IMG/VR virus record: IMGVR_UViG_3300033407_000010
Span: 217 to 64,216 of that record
Source: a virus
Lineage: Duplodnaviria > Caudoviricetes
Reading direction: 5' to 3' (one strand)
DNA: 64,000 nt
The first letter of the stretch is position 1. Each line of letters begins with the position of its first letter. The notes beneath the pieces were generated by a model that had not been told where the DNA came from, did no database searches, and saw only the letters and a list, made by a program, of their open reading frames with translations. The position numbers and the translations under genes were made by a program. This document shows, piece after piece, positions 16,248 through 25,787 of the stretch.

Positions 16248-16340
16248 CTAGTATCGCCCAACTGCAAAATTCGCGATCACCCACAAGGCGATTCCAATAA
16301 CGATCAGAATCCCGAGATAGGTGAACGCGTCCTTCAACAT
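16248..16340 (-). CDS. 30-aa membrane peptide
   Basis: MLKDAFTYLGILIVIGIALWVIANFAVGRY; AGGAAG RBS. Confidence 0.5.
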   Translation of the reverse strand: MLKDAFTYLGILIVIGIALWVIANFAVGRY

Positions 16341-16347
16341 TGGCTTC

Positions 16348-16839
16348 CTACTTTGCGTAGGTCAGTATCGCGATGATGGTGCTGACGATGGCAACAACGA
16401 CCGCTCCGATTGTGATCGCCATCGATCCGACCGTCTTTGCCCCCACACTCTGTCCGGCTTGCGTGGCCAACCCGAGTTCCAGACTCTTGACGCCGCCCGG
16501 CAGGTTGACAATTCCAAGCTCCACGCTTTTCAGCCGCGCCTCGAATGTCACCGCCTGAAGATCGGCTTTGCGCTGCCACTCTATCAACTCGGCACGCCCC
16601 CGTTCGTGCAGTTCGCGGGGCAAATAAGTGCCGAGGATTTGCCGCGCATCTTCGTGCGCGTGATTGAGAATTTCCAGCCGGCGCTCGGTCTCCCTCGCCT
16701 GGAGTTCAAGCGCCTTTGACAGGTTCGCCAATTCTCGGTCCAGCCGGGATTGATCCTCCGTGCGCATGGCATCGCGCAGGCGGTTGTTTTCCGCGATGAC
16801 GCGCTCGATGAAGTCGCGCAGGGATACGTGGTCGTTCAT
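16348..16839 (-). CDS. Coiled-coil protein with C-terminal TM (lysis module)
   Basis: C-terminal MAITIGAVVVAIVSTIIAILTYAK. Confidence 0.6.
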   Translation of the reverse strand: MNDHVSLRDFIERVIAENNRLRDAMRTEDQSRLDRELANLSKALELQARETERRLEILNHAHEDARQILGTYLPRELHERGRAELIEWQRKADLQAVTFEARLKSVELGIVNLPGGVKSLELGLATQAGQSVGAKTVGSMAITIGAVVVAIVSTIIAILTYAK

Positions 16840-17126
16840 TTCGACAACTCGATCTTGCGATCTTCCGAGCGGCGGAGTTGGTCACGGGCGCGGCCCAGTT
16901 CCTCATTCCATGCCCGCGACGACGGCGTGCCGTCGTCAACCTTTGGGGCGAGTAGGATCAGACTGCGGACCTTGTTGCCGTAGGTCTCGATTGCGACATC
17001 AGCCTGCTGTAGGTCAAGCCGCTTGATATCGCCGGACCAGGCGAGGAAGCTGGAGAGATAGGCGAGTACGCCGCCGATGGCGATCAGTGCCGTACAGCCA
17101 CCGCCGATCTTGACAAGCCAGGTCAC
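16836..17126 (-). CDS. N-terminal TM protein (holin/antiholin candidate)
   Basis: IGGGCTALIAIGGVLAYLSSFLAW; GTGA overlap with o-spanin stop. Confidence 0.55.
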   Translation of the reverse strand: MTWLVKIGGGCTALIAIGGVLAYLSSFLAWSGDIKRLDLQQADVAIETYGNKVRSLILLAPKVDDGTPSSRAWNEELGRARDQLRRSEDRKIELSK

Positions 17127-17344
17127 TTGAGAAACTCCGGGCACTTGAGGTTGACGCCCGTCTGATTATGGATGCGAGCCTGCCGCGCAGTCTCGGCGGT
17201 ATCCAGCTTCGACGAATAGGTGATCGGGCGCCATGGCGCGCACACCGCTTCACTGGTTGTCGCGGTCAAACTTGTCGCCGCGCACCCCGCCAGCAGGACG
17301 GTTGCGCTCAGCGCGCTCAGCGTCAAGCCGAGCTTTCTTGCCAC
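17123..17344 (-). CDS. o-spanin (Rz1-like lipoprotein)
   Basis: Lipobox LLAG-C, further Cys (VCAPWRPITYS, LKCP); start nested in 3' end of the i-spanin in another frame. Confidence 0.75.
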   Translation of the reverse strand: MARKLGLTLSALSATVLLAGCAATSLTATTSEAVCAPWRPITYSSKLDTAETARQARIHNQTGVNLKCPEFLK

Positions 17345-17570
17345 GCTCAATGGATTTTCGTTCTGCATCGTCCCATTCCTTCTGCTTGCGTTTTGTCGCC
17401 GCCGCCGCGACCTTGATGGCAAATCCGCCAATCGCCAGCGCGCCGGCAGCCACCATTAGCGAGTAGGGGCGCAAGGGTCGGATGAACCACGCGACGGCAA
17501 GCGCGGCGGCAACAAAGATCGTCGTCCCGCCTACCCACGCCCACACGCTGCCAAGCAGGAAATCCCACAT
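17250..17570 (-). CDS. i-spanin (Rz-like)
   Basis: N-terminal TM segments then charged helical tail; overlaps lipoprotein gene. Confidence 0.65.
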   Translation of the reverse strand: MWDFLLGSVWAWVGGTTIFVAAALAVAWFIRPLRPYSLMVAAGALAIGGFAIKVAAAATKRKQKEWDDAERKSIERGKKARLDAERAERNRPAGGVRGDKFDRDNQ

Positions 17571-17767
17571 CACTCCACCTCTGGAACCGGAATGTAGATC
17601 GGCTTGGGCCAGTGCGGAGCAACAGGCGACCATTGCCAGCGGCGGCACTCGCATGGCTCCACGACGGCATGATCGGCCCAGATAACGGCATCGCCGCCGG
17701 TTCCGTAGCCGAGCCCATAACGAACAGCCGGCATGTAGCCCGTATCACCGCAGACCGTGCACATCAC
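17570..17767 (-). CDS. Small Zn-finger-like protein
   Basis: CTVCGDTG...EPCEC. Confidence 0.5.
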   Translation of the reverse strand: MMCTVCGDTGYMPAVRYGLGYGTGGDAVIWADHAVVEPCECRRWQWSPVAPHWPKPIYIPVPEVE

Positions 17768-17883
17768 ACGCCCTCCTTACCGCAGTCGCCCCACGGCACT
17801 TCACATGAGCAACAGCTTGAGGCAGTCGGATGCGATGCGCATCCGGCGAGCACAAAGGCCAGCATGGCGAGCGCGAGGATCAT
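17764..17883 (-). CDS. 39-aa Cys-rich lipoprotein
   Basis: MILALAMLAFVLAG-CASHPTASSCCSCEVPWGDCGKEGV; AGG RBS; translated by hand. Confidence 0.55.
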   Translation of the reverse strand: MILALAMLAFVLAGCASHPTASSCCSCEVPWGDCGKEGV

Positions 17884-17884
17884 C

Positions 17885-18217
17885 CTAGACTGCTTCATAA
17901 ATCGCCGCGAAGATGTCAGGCTTACAGGGATAAATTTCGCCCTTCACGCCCGTGATGATCCAGTCGCCAGGACAGACGATGTGACCGCCTTCCAGCGTGT
18001 CGATCCAGCCGTGATCGTGCATCGTCTTGTCGCAATGCCGACATCCGTTGGAACCGGGGACTGTCGGGTGACGGAAGTAGCGAACGATCTTGCCTTCATA
18101 TCGTTCGCCGTCGTATGGGCCGCCCTCAAATCGCTCATCGCCATCCTCGGGGTGGTCCCCATTCTTGAACCATTGCGACGCTTCGATCACTACGGGCTTC
18201 TTGCGGTACTGTGCCAT
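17885..18217 (-). CDS. Conserved phage protein (YRKKPVVIEA family)
   Basis: MAQYRKKPVVIEASQW...IDTLEGGHIVCPGDWIITGVKGEIYPCKPDIF. Confidence 0.85.
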   Translation of the reverse strand: MAQYRKKPVVIEASQWFKNGDHPEDGDERFEGGPYDGERYEGKIVRYFRHPTVPGSNGCRHCDKTMHDHGWIDTLEGGHIVCPGDWIITGVKGEIYPCKPDIFAAIYEAV

Positions 18218-18238
18218 CAACATCTACCTCTCTGTGTT

Positions 18239-18346
18239 TCAATCCCGTCTCGTTACGTCACCGGGGAGCGCGGCAATAAGCCACGCCAATAGTGCGAGCA
18301 CCACGATCCCCAAGAAGACGACGCCGCCCATCTCTCCGATGCTCAT
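18239..18346 (-). CDS. 35-aa membrane peptide
   Basis: MSIGEMGGVVFLGIVVLALLAWLIAALPG. Confidence 0.45.
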   Translation of the reverse strand: MSIGEMGGVVFLGIVVLALLAWLIAALPGDVTRRD

Positions 18347-18504
18347 CAGTCCTTGTCCACCTTGCGAACGCGCACCCGTTCGACGTGCACTCCGTAGATG
18401 ATGTTCTCTGCGTCCATGCACGCCAGAACATGCTCGCGAATCTGTTTCTTCGTGCACGGACCGTAAACCGTGATGGCAACCTCGACGATGAACTTTTCCT
18501 TCAT
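18346..18504 (-). CDS. Hypothetical protein
   Basis: MKEKFIVEV...; ATGA overlap. Confidence 0.45.
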   Translation of the reverse strand: MKEKFIVEVAITVYGPCTKKQIREHVLACMDAENIIYGVHVERVRVRKVDKD

Positions 18505-18620
18505 GGCTGTTCCTTCGCCAGTCCTACGCGCACGAAGAACCGCCGCACGAATGCGGGCTCGGGCAGGAAAATCCAGCCGAGCACGAGTCCGACACAGATC
18601 CCAACGATGAACCACCACAT
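18501..18620 (-). CDS. 39-aa TM peptide directly after endolysin (holin candidate)
   Basis: MWWFIVGICVGLVLGWIFLPEPAFVRRFFVRVGLAKEQP; TAAGGAG RBS. Confidence 0.55.
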   Translation of the reverse strand: MWWFIVGICVGLVLGWIFLPEPAFVRRFFVRVGLAKEQP

Positions 18621-18631
18621 TGCGTTTCTCC

Positions 18632-19696
18632 TTATGCTTGCGCGCCGGTGCGGAAGTCAGCGACCGATGCATCAACGGAATCATTCGCCGCTCCGCTCGA
18701 CTTGCGAGCGAGCACAACGGCAATCGCTATCACAGCGACCACTGCTGCCAGACCAGCCGCGAATGGCGCGGCATCGGCAACCCATGACCTGAGCGGATCA
18801 ACGGTTTCCTTTGCCGTCATGACGTTTGTCACGAGTCCGCCCGCTGTGACGCCGCCGAACGCGGCAGACCACCAGCCCTGCACCTTCGACCAGAACGACG
18901 CAGCCTGAGCGGACTTAACGGCTGGCTTCTTCTCTGCCAACTCTGCCGGTGTTATCTCTGCACGCTCAACCGAAATCGGGCGAACGAACCGCTCGGCCTC
19001 CGCCTTGGTGATCTCGGCAAGCAGATTGATCTTTACCGCCAGGAACATGTCGGGGCTGGTCGGTGCGGCAATTTTCGTGTCGCGGTCATTGAGGAAACCG
19101 CCAATCGCACCGGCAGTGTTCCCGCCCCAGATGCCGTCGAGCCCGCCGGGATTGTAGTTCATGGCCTTGAGGCGGCGCTGCGTGTGCCAGATGTCGGGAT
19201 CGCCGCGCACGGCGGGGTCGACGGGCGGGGCGGGAGTCGGCAGCGGCACCTTCATATCGGCCTTCGGCTTCACCTCAAGTTTCCAGGGGCGTGTGTCGTC
19301 GTAGCTTTTCTTTGCTGACTTAACCGACAGATGCATGTGCTTTGTGTGCGGATTTGCACCGCTGTAAGACCGCCACGCCCAAGCGGCTGCACCGCCAGTC
19401 TTTGACGAATTTGCAATCCGCCGATTTGAAATGATGTATTTGATGCGATGGTCGCGCGACGCCAGCAGAAGTTCAGCAAGATCGCCCGCGTCAATCCCGT
19501 GTTCGGGATCGTTGGTGAAGTCGATAGCGGTAACAACACCAATCTTGCCATCCTTCACCCAAGGATTATGATCGGAACTGCGAGACGCATGGGCCTCATC
19601 GCCGATCGTGCCGTCGCTCGACTTGCGCCGGTCTGGATACAGATTGTTTATCTGTGACCGAAGCACATCAATGCTCTTTGCCAATCTCCACGCCAT
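18632..19696 (-). CDS. Endolysin: M15-like Zn peptidase domain, PG-binding domain, C-terminal TM helices
   Basis: DGTIGDEAH...SDHNP...AIDF...HTKHMHLSV; TQRRLKAMNYNPGGLDGIWGGNTAGAI; hydrophobic C-terminus. Confidence 0.8.
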   Translation of the reverse strand: MAWRLAKSIDVLRSQINNLYPDRRKSSDGTIGDEAHASRSSDHNPWVKDGKIGVVTAIDFTNDPEHGIDAGDLAELLLASRDHRIKYIISNRRIANSSKTGGAAAWAWRSYSGANPHTKHMHLSVKSAKKSYDDTRPWKLEVKPKADMKVPLPTPAPPVDPAVRGDPDIWHTQRRLKAMNYNPGGLDGIWGGNTAGAIGGFLNDRDTKIAAPTSPDMFLAVKINLLAEITKAEAERFVRPISVERAEITPAELAEKKPAVKSAQAASFWSKVQGWWSAAFGGVTAGGLVTNVMTAKETVDPLRSWVADAAPFAAGLAAVVAVIAIAVVLARKSSGAANDSVDASVADFRTGAQA

Positions 19697-19703
19697 GACA
19701 GTC

Positions 19704-19853
19704 TCAATCCTTTGTTAAGTTGCTGGGCTGTGCTACATTCAGCGAATGAAAAATCGAACAGGATATCGCTTCTGCAAGGTCCTCTGAATCATGCGCGAAC
19801 GCCGGATAGATCAGGATCAGCGCGGCGATGGCCACGACCGTCAGCAGGCGCAT
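19704..19853 (-). CDS. Small exported protein
   Basis: MRLLTVVAIAALILIYPAFA- signal peptide. Confidence 0.45.
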   Translation of the reverse strand: MRLLTVVAIAALILIYPAFAHDSEDLAEAISCSIFHSLNVAQPSNLTKD

Positions 19854-21850
19854 TAGGTAATCCCCGCATGGGCCATGAAGTCGGCGATGATCGCGTTGCG
19901 GGTCGACTCGTCCGGGACCGTTGACCACAGCGCCGCCTCGGCGAGCTTACCGTCAAAGAACCCATTGCCGCGGTAGCCGAACCGAAGCGTGCCCATGGCA
20001 CCGCTGGTGGCACCGGATGCGACCGACGTTTCCGCGCCGCCGTTGATCGAGACATGAACGTTCGTCCCGTCGTGGCGACAGGTCACGACGTAGGCGGTGC
20101 CTTCAGTGACCGCGACGCCAGCCCCGTCGACCGTCCCGTCGAAATTTGCCGCGAACGCTTTGTCCGCTCCGTCGTTGTAGCCGAAGATGCCGGTGCGGCC
20201 TGTCGAGTCAACCACCGCCGCGTGCCCGGCAGTCACGCCACCCGTAGTTATCGAGATGCTGTCGAAGATCAGGGTTGCGACGATGAACTTCGACGATGCC
20301 CCGATGTAGTTCGATATTGCCGAACCGTCGAGATAATCGGATGATCCATCGAAGTCTGCACACGTAATCGAGTTCGGGAACGCGGTCGCAAGCGCAGGTC
20401 TGCGCGTCGACGTGGCGCCATCGGTCACATCACCGGACAGCACCTGATTATAGATGCGCGTGATAGCGCCGGCCGTGTCGAGATACTTTGCCGCCTGGAA
20501 TGTCTGCAACAGTGAACGCGAGAGCGAGAACGCCGCCGTCACACCCGTGCCGTCCAGCGGGCCGGCAGGGAGTCCCGCCAGCGGCCCCTTAGCTACAACG
20601 ACGTAGGCAGTACCGCCCGGCGTTTCCCCGTCGCGGTCAACGCCGACTTCCGTGCTCGCACCCGTCGTTTCCCCGTCGGCCGCCGTCTGCTTTGTGTTGC
20701 TCTCGATGGTCTCCTCGACGCGCTCCGTCATGTTGCGCCAGGTGAAACCACCCGCCACAACGCTGGTATCCGCGCCATAGCCGAAGATGAAGCCGCCGTC
20801 GACGGTGTCGAGGGTCACGTTGCTGGCGTTGGCAGCCTGCGCGATGGCCGCGCCGTCCGCGTCGTAGTGCGCCGTCAATCCGCTAGTGGAGCCGACGGCA
20901 ATGGCGCAGCGAGCCGCCGGCGATGCTGCTGTAACTACGATATCGGCAGTCGTCTCAGTCGGGACCAGCGCCTTCCAGATTTCAGAAGTAATTGCCCCGC
21001 TTTGCGAGACTATGCGCGAGGCCGAGACGCCACCGACAGTCACGGTGCTGATTGTAGACGAGCAGTGGACGCCGACGTAGACCTCGCGGTCCGCGTGCGC
21101 CGTGCCGATCTCCATTGCCGAGAATGTGTATTCGGTCAGGTTGCTGGCATCGACAGCCGAGTCGGTAAAGGTGAAGACGACCTCAGCTGTCGCTTCCTCG
21201 CTGCTCCACGAAATCACGCAGCTATATTCGCCGGTATCGGACGAATGAAAATATCCCGCAATGCCGGTCTCGGCTGCCTCCGTCAGATCGGCGAACGGCG
21301 AGAACGACTGATCGTCGAATTCAATATCCCACGTCCCCTGATCGTCGCCCGACGTTTTGAAATCAAACGACGTGCCGTCAACTGCCGTGACAAGCTGGAT
21401 GTCGGCCGCGTGCTGCGTTCCGCTGGTGGGCGCGCCAGCGCTGTTCGTGGTATGCCCTGTCTGCTTGTTCCAGCCGTTCGGCGGCTCGCCCGATACGACA
21501 ACCGCGTTGGTCGCGCCCGCGCCGTCGCCTTGCAGCAGCGCCAGCTTGAACTTGTTGCCCTGCCTGAAGCCGAAGCCAATCCCGGCCCTGGCCCCGCCGA
21601 GCGTCAGCCCCGACAGGTTGTTCACCATGTCGACGTTGTACGCAAAGTTGCCCTGCAACGCCTCGATCGGATAGATGAACTTGCCGAAATAGCCATCCTT
21701 GATCTTGCCGCGGATCGTCACCGCGCCCGTCACCTCGTCGGTGGTGACGACCGGTGGTTCTTCGTGCCCGTCGAAGATCACGCCGTCGTCGGTGATGCCG
21801 GCAGACGCCGAGCCCTTTCCCAGGATGTGCCGGCGGCGAAGCGGATGCAT
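19853..21850 (-). CDS. Tail fibre / receptor-binding protein with C-terminal LamG/ConA-like domain
   Basis: Thr/Ala/Gly-rich beta protein; DFDGSSDYL...GFFDGKLAEAALWS; start MHPLRR at 21850 overlapping upstream TGA. Confidence 0.7.
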   Translation of the reverse strand: MHPLRRRHILGKGSASAGITDDGVIFDGHEEPPVVTTDEVTGAVTIRGKIKDGYFGKFIYPIEALQGNFAYNVDMVNNLSGLTLGGARAGIGFGFRQGNKFKLALLQGDGAGATNAVVVSGEPPNGWNKQTGHTTNSAGAPTSGTQHAADIQLVTAVDGTSFDFKTSGDDQGTWDIEFDDQSFSPFADLTEAAETGIAGYFHSSDTGEYSCVISWSSEEATAEVVFTFTDSAVDASNLTEYTFSAMEIGTAHADREVYVGVHCSSTISTVTVGGVSASRIVSQSGAITSEIWKALVPTETTADIVVTAASPAARCAIAVGSTSGLTAHYDADGAAIAQAANASNVTLDTVDGGFIFGYGADTSVVAGGFTWRNMTERVEETIESNTKQTAADGETTGASTEVGVDRDGETPGGTAYVVVAKGPLAGLPAGPLDGTGVTAAFSLSRSLLQTFQAAKYLDTAGAITRIYNQVLSGDVTDGATSTRRPALATAFPNSITCADFDGSSDYLDGSAISNYIGASSKFIVATLIFDSISITTGGVTAGHAAVVDSTGRTGIFGYNDGADKAFAANFDGTVDGAGVAVTEGTAYVVTCRHDGTNVHVSINGGAETSVASGATSGAMGTLRFGYRGNGFFDGKLAEAALWSTVPDESTRNAIIADFMAHAGIT

Positions 21851-22344
21851 CAGTTCTGGTCCAGTCCGATTTCGACGACGACATCGTCCACAGCGCCGAT
21901 CGCCACCGTGCCGCGGGCAATGAGCACGCCCCAAAGACTGGTCCCCGACGCCAGCTTGAACGGAACGCCGCACTCCTTGTAGCCGACGCTCGGCGTCCCG
22001 AGAGCGTGCCAGCTGTTGACCGGCACGACCCCGACCAGGAAGGCCAAGTCGGCGGCGTTGACCGCGACCGCGGCATTGTCGGTCCAGGTCGTATTGGTGG
22101 GGTCCGCGCTGAACAGCAGCAGATCGACCGGCTGGGCGTTGGCGGTCTTGCTTGTGATGCGGACCGAGGTGACATAGCCGGATCCGCCGTCCATGCGGAC
22201 GGCATTGGCAAATTCCATGACCGAGCCGAGCACGTCGCCATCGGAATAATCCGGATCCGCGTCCACAACCGGGGTGACGCTGATGGTCTCGAGCGCGCCA
22301 ACGACCGCAAGCGCTTGCCCGTCAGGAGTCCAGACAGCAGGCAT
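21850..22344 (-). CDS. Tail-associated beta protein, paralog of 22371..22964
   Basis: DYSDGDV...LLFSADP...DNAA. Confidence 0.6.
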   Translation of the reverse strand: MPAVWTPDGQALAVVGALETISVTPVVDADPDYSDGDVLGSVMEFANAVRMDGGSGYVTSVRITSKTANAQPVDLLLFSADPTNTTWTDNAAVAVNAADLAFLVGVVPVNSWHALGTPSVGYKECGVPFKLASGTSLWGVLIARGTVAIGAVDDVVVEIGLDQN

Positions 22345-22370
22345 GATTCATTCTCCAGAAGATTGCCGGA

Positions 22371-22964
22371 TTAAGCTGAGCCCTGCAGCCCCTCGACGGT
22401 GAGCGTGAAGGCCGTGGAGTTCGCCGAAGGCGTGAACGCCTCGAGGGTTTCCAGGAGGGCGAAGATGGTCTTGGCGCCCGACGTCGGCGGCGTGATGATC
22501 CGGCTGCCGTCGTCCGGGGTGCAGACCGCGACAGCGCCGTCGGAGAACGTGCTGAACGTCCCCGTCATGGTGCCGATGAACGTGCCCTGCTTGGTCGAGA
22601 AGGCGGCGTTGTCGCCGCCAACGATCCCGGTGCTCGCGGACGGATCGGACCGGTAGAACCAGACGCGGAACTGCTTGCCCTGCACGCCGGTGTCGTCGGT
22701 CGCGATGCGGCAGCGCTCGATCGCGATCGTGTCGTCGTTGACATCGGACGGGCTGAACGAGATCGGCGTGACCGACCCAGCCGTGGCATTGTCCGACACC
22801 GCATCGTTGGCGGAATACGGGGTCGTGTTTGCCGGCCGGGTCATTGCCGACGCGGCGACGGCGAACAGGCGGTCACGATGCTGCGGCGAAAACCCTCCAG
22901 CCGTTAAGGACGCCTTTATCTCGACGGCCGTTCCGAGCGTGAAGTCCTTGATGTCAAAGCCCAT
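22371..22964 (-). CDS. Tail-associated beta protein
   Basis: PYSANDAV...WFYRSDP...DNAAF. Confidence 0.6.
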   Translation of the reverse strand: MGFDIKDFTLGTAVEIKASLTAGGFSPQHRDRLFAVAASAMTRPANTTPYSANDAVSDNATAGSVTPISFSPSDVNDDTIAIERCRIATDDTGVQGKQFRVWFYRSDPSASTGIVGGDNAAFSTKQGTFIGTMTGTFSTFSDGAVAVCTPDDGSRIITPPTSGAKTIFALLETLEAFTPSANSTAFTLTVEGLQGSA

Positions 22965-22973
22965 TGCGTCGCC

Positions 22974-23360
22974 TCACATCGTCGCCGCCCATGCGGCGTA
23001 ATCGTCGTCTTCAAGCGTGACGGTGATCGTGAACGTGGCCATGTCGGCCGTGGTGCCATGAACGTCCGTGACGCGGACGCTCAGTCCCGGGTAAATGCCG
23101 GCGGCAGTCGGCGTGCCGGATACCGCGCCGGTGCCGGCATCGATCGTCAGCCCCGGCGGCCAGGTGCCCTGCAGGGAAAAGCTGTAGGGCGCGATGCCGC
23201 CCGAGACGGTCGGGGTGAACCCGCCATAGGGCGCGTCCTGGATGCCGCCGAGGTTCGGCTCGCCGGTGATCCTCAGCAGATAGTCGCGAACGACGGTCGA
23301 GACCGGGGCATCGGAAAAGTTCAGGCTCGAATAGACATTGCTGATGCAAAGGTCGGGCAT
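22974..23360 (-). CDS. Putative Ig (He_PIG-like) domain virion protein
   Basis: SGGIAPYSFS...PPGLTIDAGTGAVSGTPTAAGIY...VRVTD. Confidence 0.8.
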   Translation of the reverse strand: MPDLCISNVYSSLNFSDAPVSTVVRDYLLRITGEPNLGGIQDAPYGGFTPTVSGGIAPYSFSLQGTWPPGLTIDAGTGAVSGTPTAAGIYPGLSVRVTDVHGTTADMATFTITVTLEDDDYAAWAATM

Positions 23361-23363
23361 GCG

Positions 23364-25772
23364 CTAGTCCAACGTAAACTTGCCCAGGTAGCTGCCCCAA
23401 TTGATCGGATAGATATTGTCATCGTCCGATGCCATCGAAGGAATGCCGGCGTCCCAGGAATGGGAGCTGTAGATCGAAGGATTGGAAACATTCATGTGGT
23501 TGATCGCGCGATAGATCTGCGTCGAGAAGTTTGTCGAGAGCGGATTGAACGCGAACACGGCGCCATCATTCTGATCGGGGAATGCGAGCCAGTTCTTGTG
23601 CCGCACGGCAGGCCCCGGGGTTGGCGACCAGATTGTCGAGTGGTCGATCTCGCTCCATGCGCCGCCCTTCCTGATATCCAAGTACTCCGCAGATGAGAGT
23701 GATGTACTGGCACGAAGGAGCACGCCACCTCCGACACCATCGGGAGGATTAAAGTTGCTCTTGAAACCGAGGAACACGTAGCCGCAGAAGGCGCAGCCGA
23801 ATGCGTAGGATGCGTTCCATGTGTGCCCAGAGTCCGCATTCACATCCAAGTAGAGCAGTGCCCCCACATTAAAGCTGCTTGGGTCAACACGGATAACACC
23901 AAAGCCGGCGCCGGCACCGCCCGTGCCCTGCACCGCATAGTACACGTAGGTTTCGTCTGCCCAGCAGTCGCTTGTGTAGAGACTCTGACCGTATGTCGCC
24001 CTGATGCTGAGCGCCTCGACCGTCGAGAAGTCGGTCAGGTCGACGCGCAGGATCGCCGGACCGTCCGGGTCCGACGTGATCCAGATGTTCGGCAAGTAGA
24101 GGTAGCCATCGTGGACAACGGGTCTGTTGCCGTAGTCCGCCTCGATGCGCGCTTCCGGCACCGTCAATCCAAGAGCCGCCGCCAGGTCGAGCGTCCCCGC
24201 CGCGGTGAACGTGGACAGGTCTATCCGGCGGACCTCCTGGTAGGTGTAGACGTAGAGATACGTGTCATCGCTCGCCATCGCCGGAATAGGACCGGTTGCG
24301 CGCGTGCCGGTGAGGTCCAGTGACGCGATGGTCGAGAAATCCGCCAACGTCAGCCGTTGAATACGCGCCGTGCCGGTGCCGGCCGTGCCGCCTGCATAAG
24401 CGTAGGCGCCGTCCACATGCACCACAGACGCCGACCCGGACGACAGATCGATGTCGTCGTTGAACGTGATCGAGCGGCTCTCCTCAACCGGGATACACAG
24501 ACCCTCAATCGCGCAGGTCAAGAAGCCCTCCGTCTTGATTTCCGTCGTCCAGTCCGGCGACCGCACAACATCGACAACGGAGTGATGATACGTCCGCGCA
24601 TCGGTATCGATCTGGTGGACGTCCCCTGGCTCGATGCCGAGATAGGCAAGCTTGGCAATGTACTCCGCAGTTTCCTGAGCCTGCTTGCGCCAGTAGAATG
24701 CGAAATTGACTTCTTCGAGCATCTCGACGGCGGTCGACACCACCGGCGTGGCGATGCTGTCGGTCTCGAACGCCGCCGTGCCTGGAACCGGGTCGATATC
24801 CTCGCTCGCCACGACCGTGCTGGGCTCATTGTCCCTGTTGGCGTCGATGAAGCTGAGCCGCAGTTCCCGCAGTTCTTCCAGTTCGCTGGCCTGTGTCGCG
24901 ACAAACGGCTTGTCCCCGTTCTGGATGAACTTGGCGCGGTCGACGACCAGGTCCCGCGCGTAGACGCCCTTCTCGATGACGTAGAGCTTGCTTCCCGTCC
25001 TGATCGTCCAATGCGGCTTCGATTGCAGCCGGTCCTGCAGGAACTCGATGAAGTCCTGTTCGCGTCCAAGGATCAGTGCATCCATCCGGCCGGTAACGTC
25101 GATCGCCTCGAACACGTCGGCGCCGCGGCCGTCGTAGGCCGCCAGCGTCTCCAATGCTTCCTGCCAGGTGATGCCGTCGTCCGGATCCCCGAAATGACTA
25201 TCCTCCAGCATCACCGAGAAAAACGGAACCTCGCCGCCGAACTGATCGACCTGGATGTTGTGGAACGCCAGCGTCACCATCGGCGTATAGGCGAAAGCCT
25301 CATCGCCGTACGCCTCGATCGAAAGCGCGTCCGGCTGCTGCGACAACGTTCCGGTGTTCCAGCGGATTGCCTGGCCGTCATCTACCGTCGGCCCGTCGAA
25401 CGTAATCCCTGACAGGATCGCGCCGGTCGCGTCGTTCCATGCCTCCTTGCCGTTGATCCGGATCGCCGTGATCGAGCGCGTATCGTTTGCATAGTTGGCC
25501 GGGACAACGGCGCCGGCAATGCCCGAGACAGTCCATTCTTCGCCGATCTTCAGATGGATCGGACCCTCGATGATCCGCATCCCGATCAGCGACTTGCCGC
25601 CGATCCACAGCGGAATCTCCTTGTCGTAGAGCGTCGCTTCGTATTGTTCGGCCGACAGGCCTACGGCCTGCGGCTCCGACGTGGCGATCGTCGGCTCTTG
25701 GAAGGTAAAAGTTGTCTTCGTGCGCCTGCCACCAACTACGGCGCCGCCTGGGCCGACTACACCAGTTGCCAT
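23364..25772 (-). CDS. Tail tip / central fibre protein with C-terminal beta-propeller-like region
   Basis: IPLWIG, AYTPMVTLAF, LSFIDANRDNEP, YLGIEPGDV (tail-tip core); repeated RIDLSTF/RVDLTDF/RVDPSSF blades. Confidence 0.8.
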   Translation of the reverse strand: MATGVVGPGGAVVGGRRTKTTFTFQEPTIATSEPQAVGLSAEQYEATLYDKEIPLWIGGKSLIGMRIIEGPIHLKIGEEWTVSGIAGAVVPANYANDTRSITAIRINGKEAWNDATGAILSGITFDGPTVDDGQAIRWNTGTLSQQPDALSIEAYGDEAFAYTPMVTLAFHNIQVDQFGGEVPFFSVMLEDSHFGDPDDGITWQEALETLAAYDGRGADVFEAIDVTGRMDALILGREQDFIEFLQDRLQSKPHWTIRTGSKLYVIEKGVYARDLVVDRAKFIQNGDKPFVATQASELEELRELRLSFIDANRDNEPSTVVASEDIDPVPGTAAFETDSIATPVVSTAVEMLEEVNFAFYWRKQAQETAEYIAKLAYLGIEPGDVHQIDTDARTYHHSVVDVVRSPDWTTEIKTEGFLTCAIEGLCIPVEESRSITFNDDIDLSSGSASVVHVDGAYAYAGGTAGTGTARIQRLTLADFSTIASLDLTGTRATGPIPAMASDDTYLYVYTYQEVRRIDLSTFTAAGTLDLAAALGLTVPEARIEADYGNRPVVHDGYLYLPNIWITSDPDGPAILRVDLTDFSTVEALSIRATYGQSLYTSDCWADETYVYYAVQGTGGAGAGFGVIRVDPSSFNVGALLYLDVNADSGHTWNASYAFGCAFCGYVFLGFKSNFNPPDGVGGGVLLRASTSLSSAEYLDIRKGGAWSEIDHSTIWSPTPGPAVRHKNWLAFPDQNDGAVFAFNPLSTNFSTQIYRAINHMNVSNPSIYSSHSWDAGIPSMASDDDNIYPINWGSYLGKFTLD

Positions 25773-25787
25773 GCGTGGTCCGTGCTC

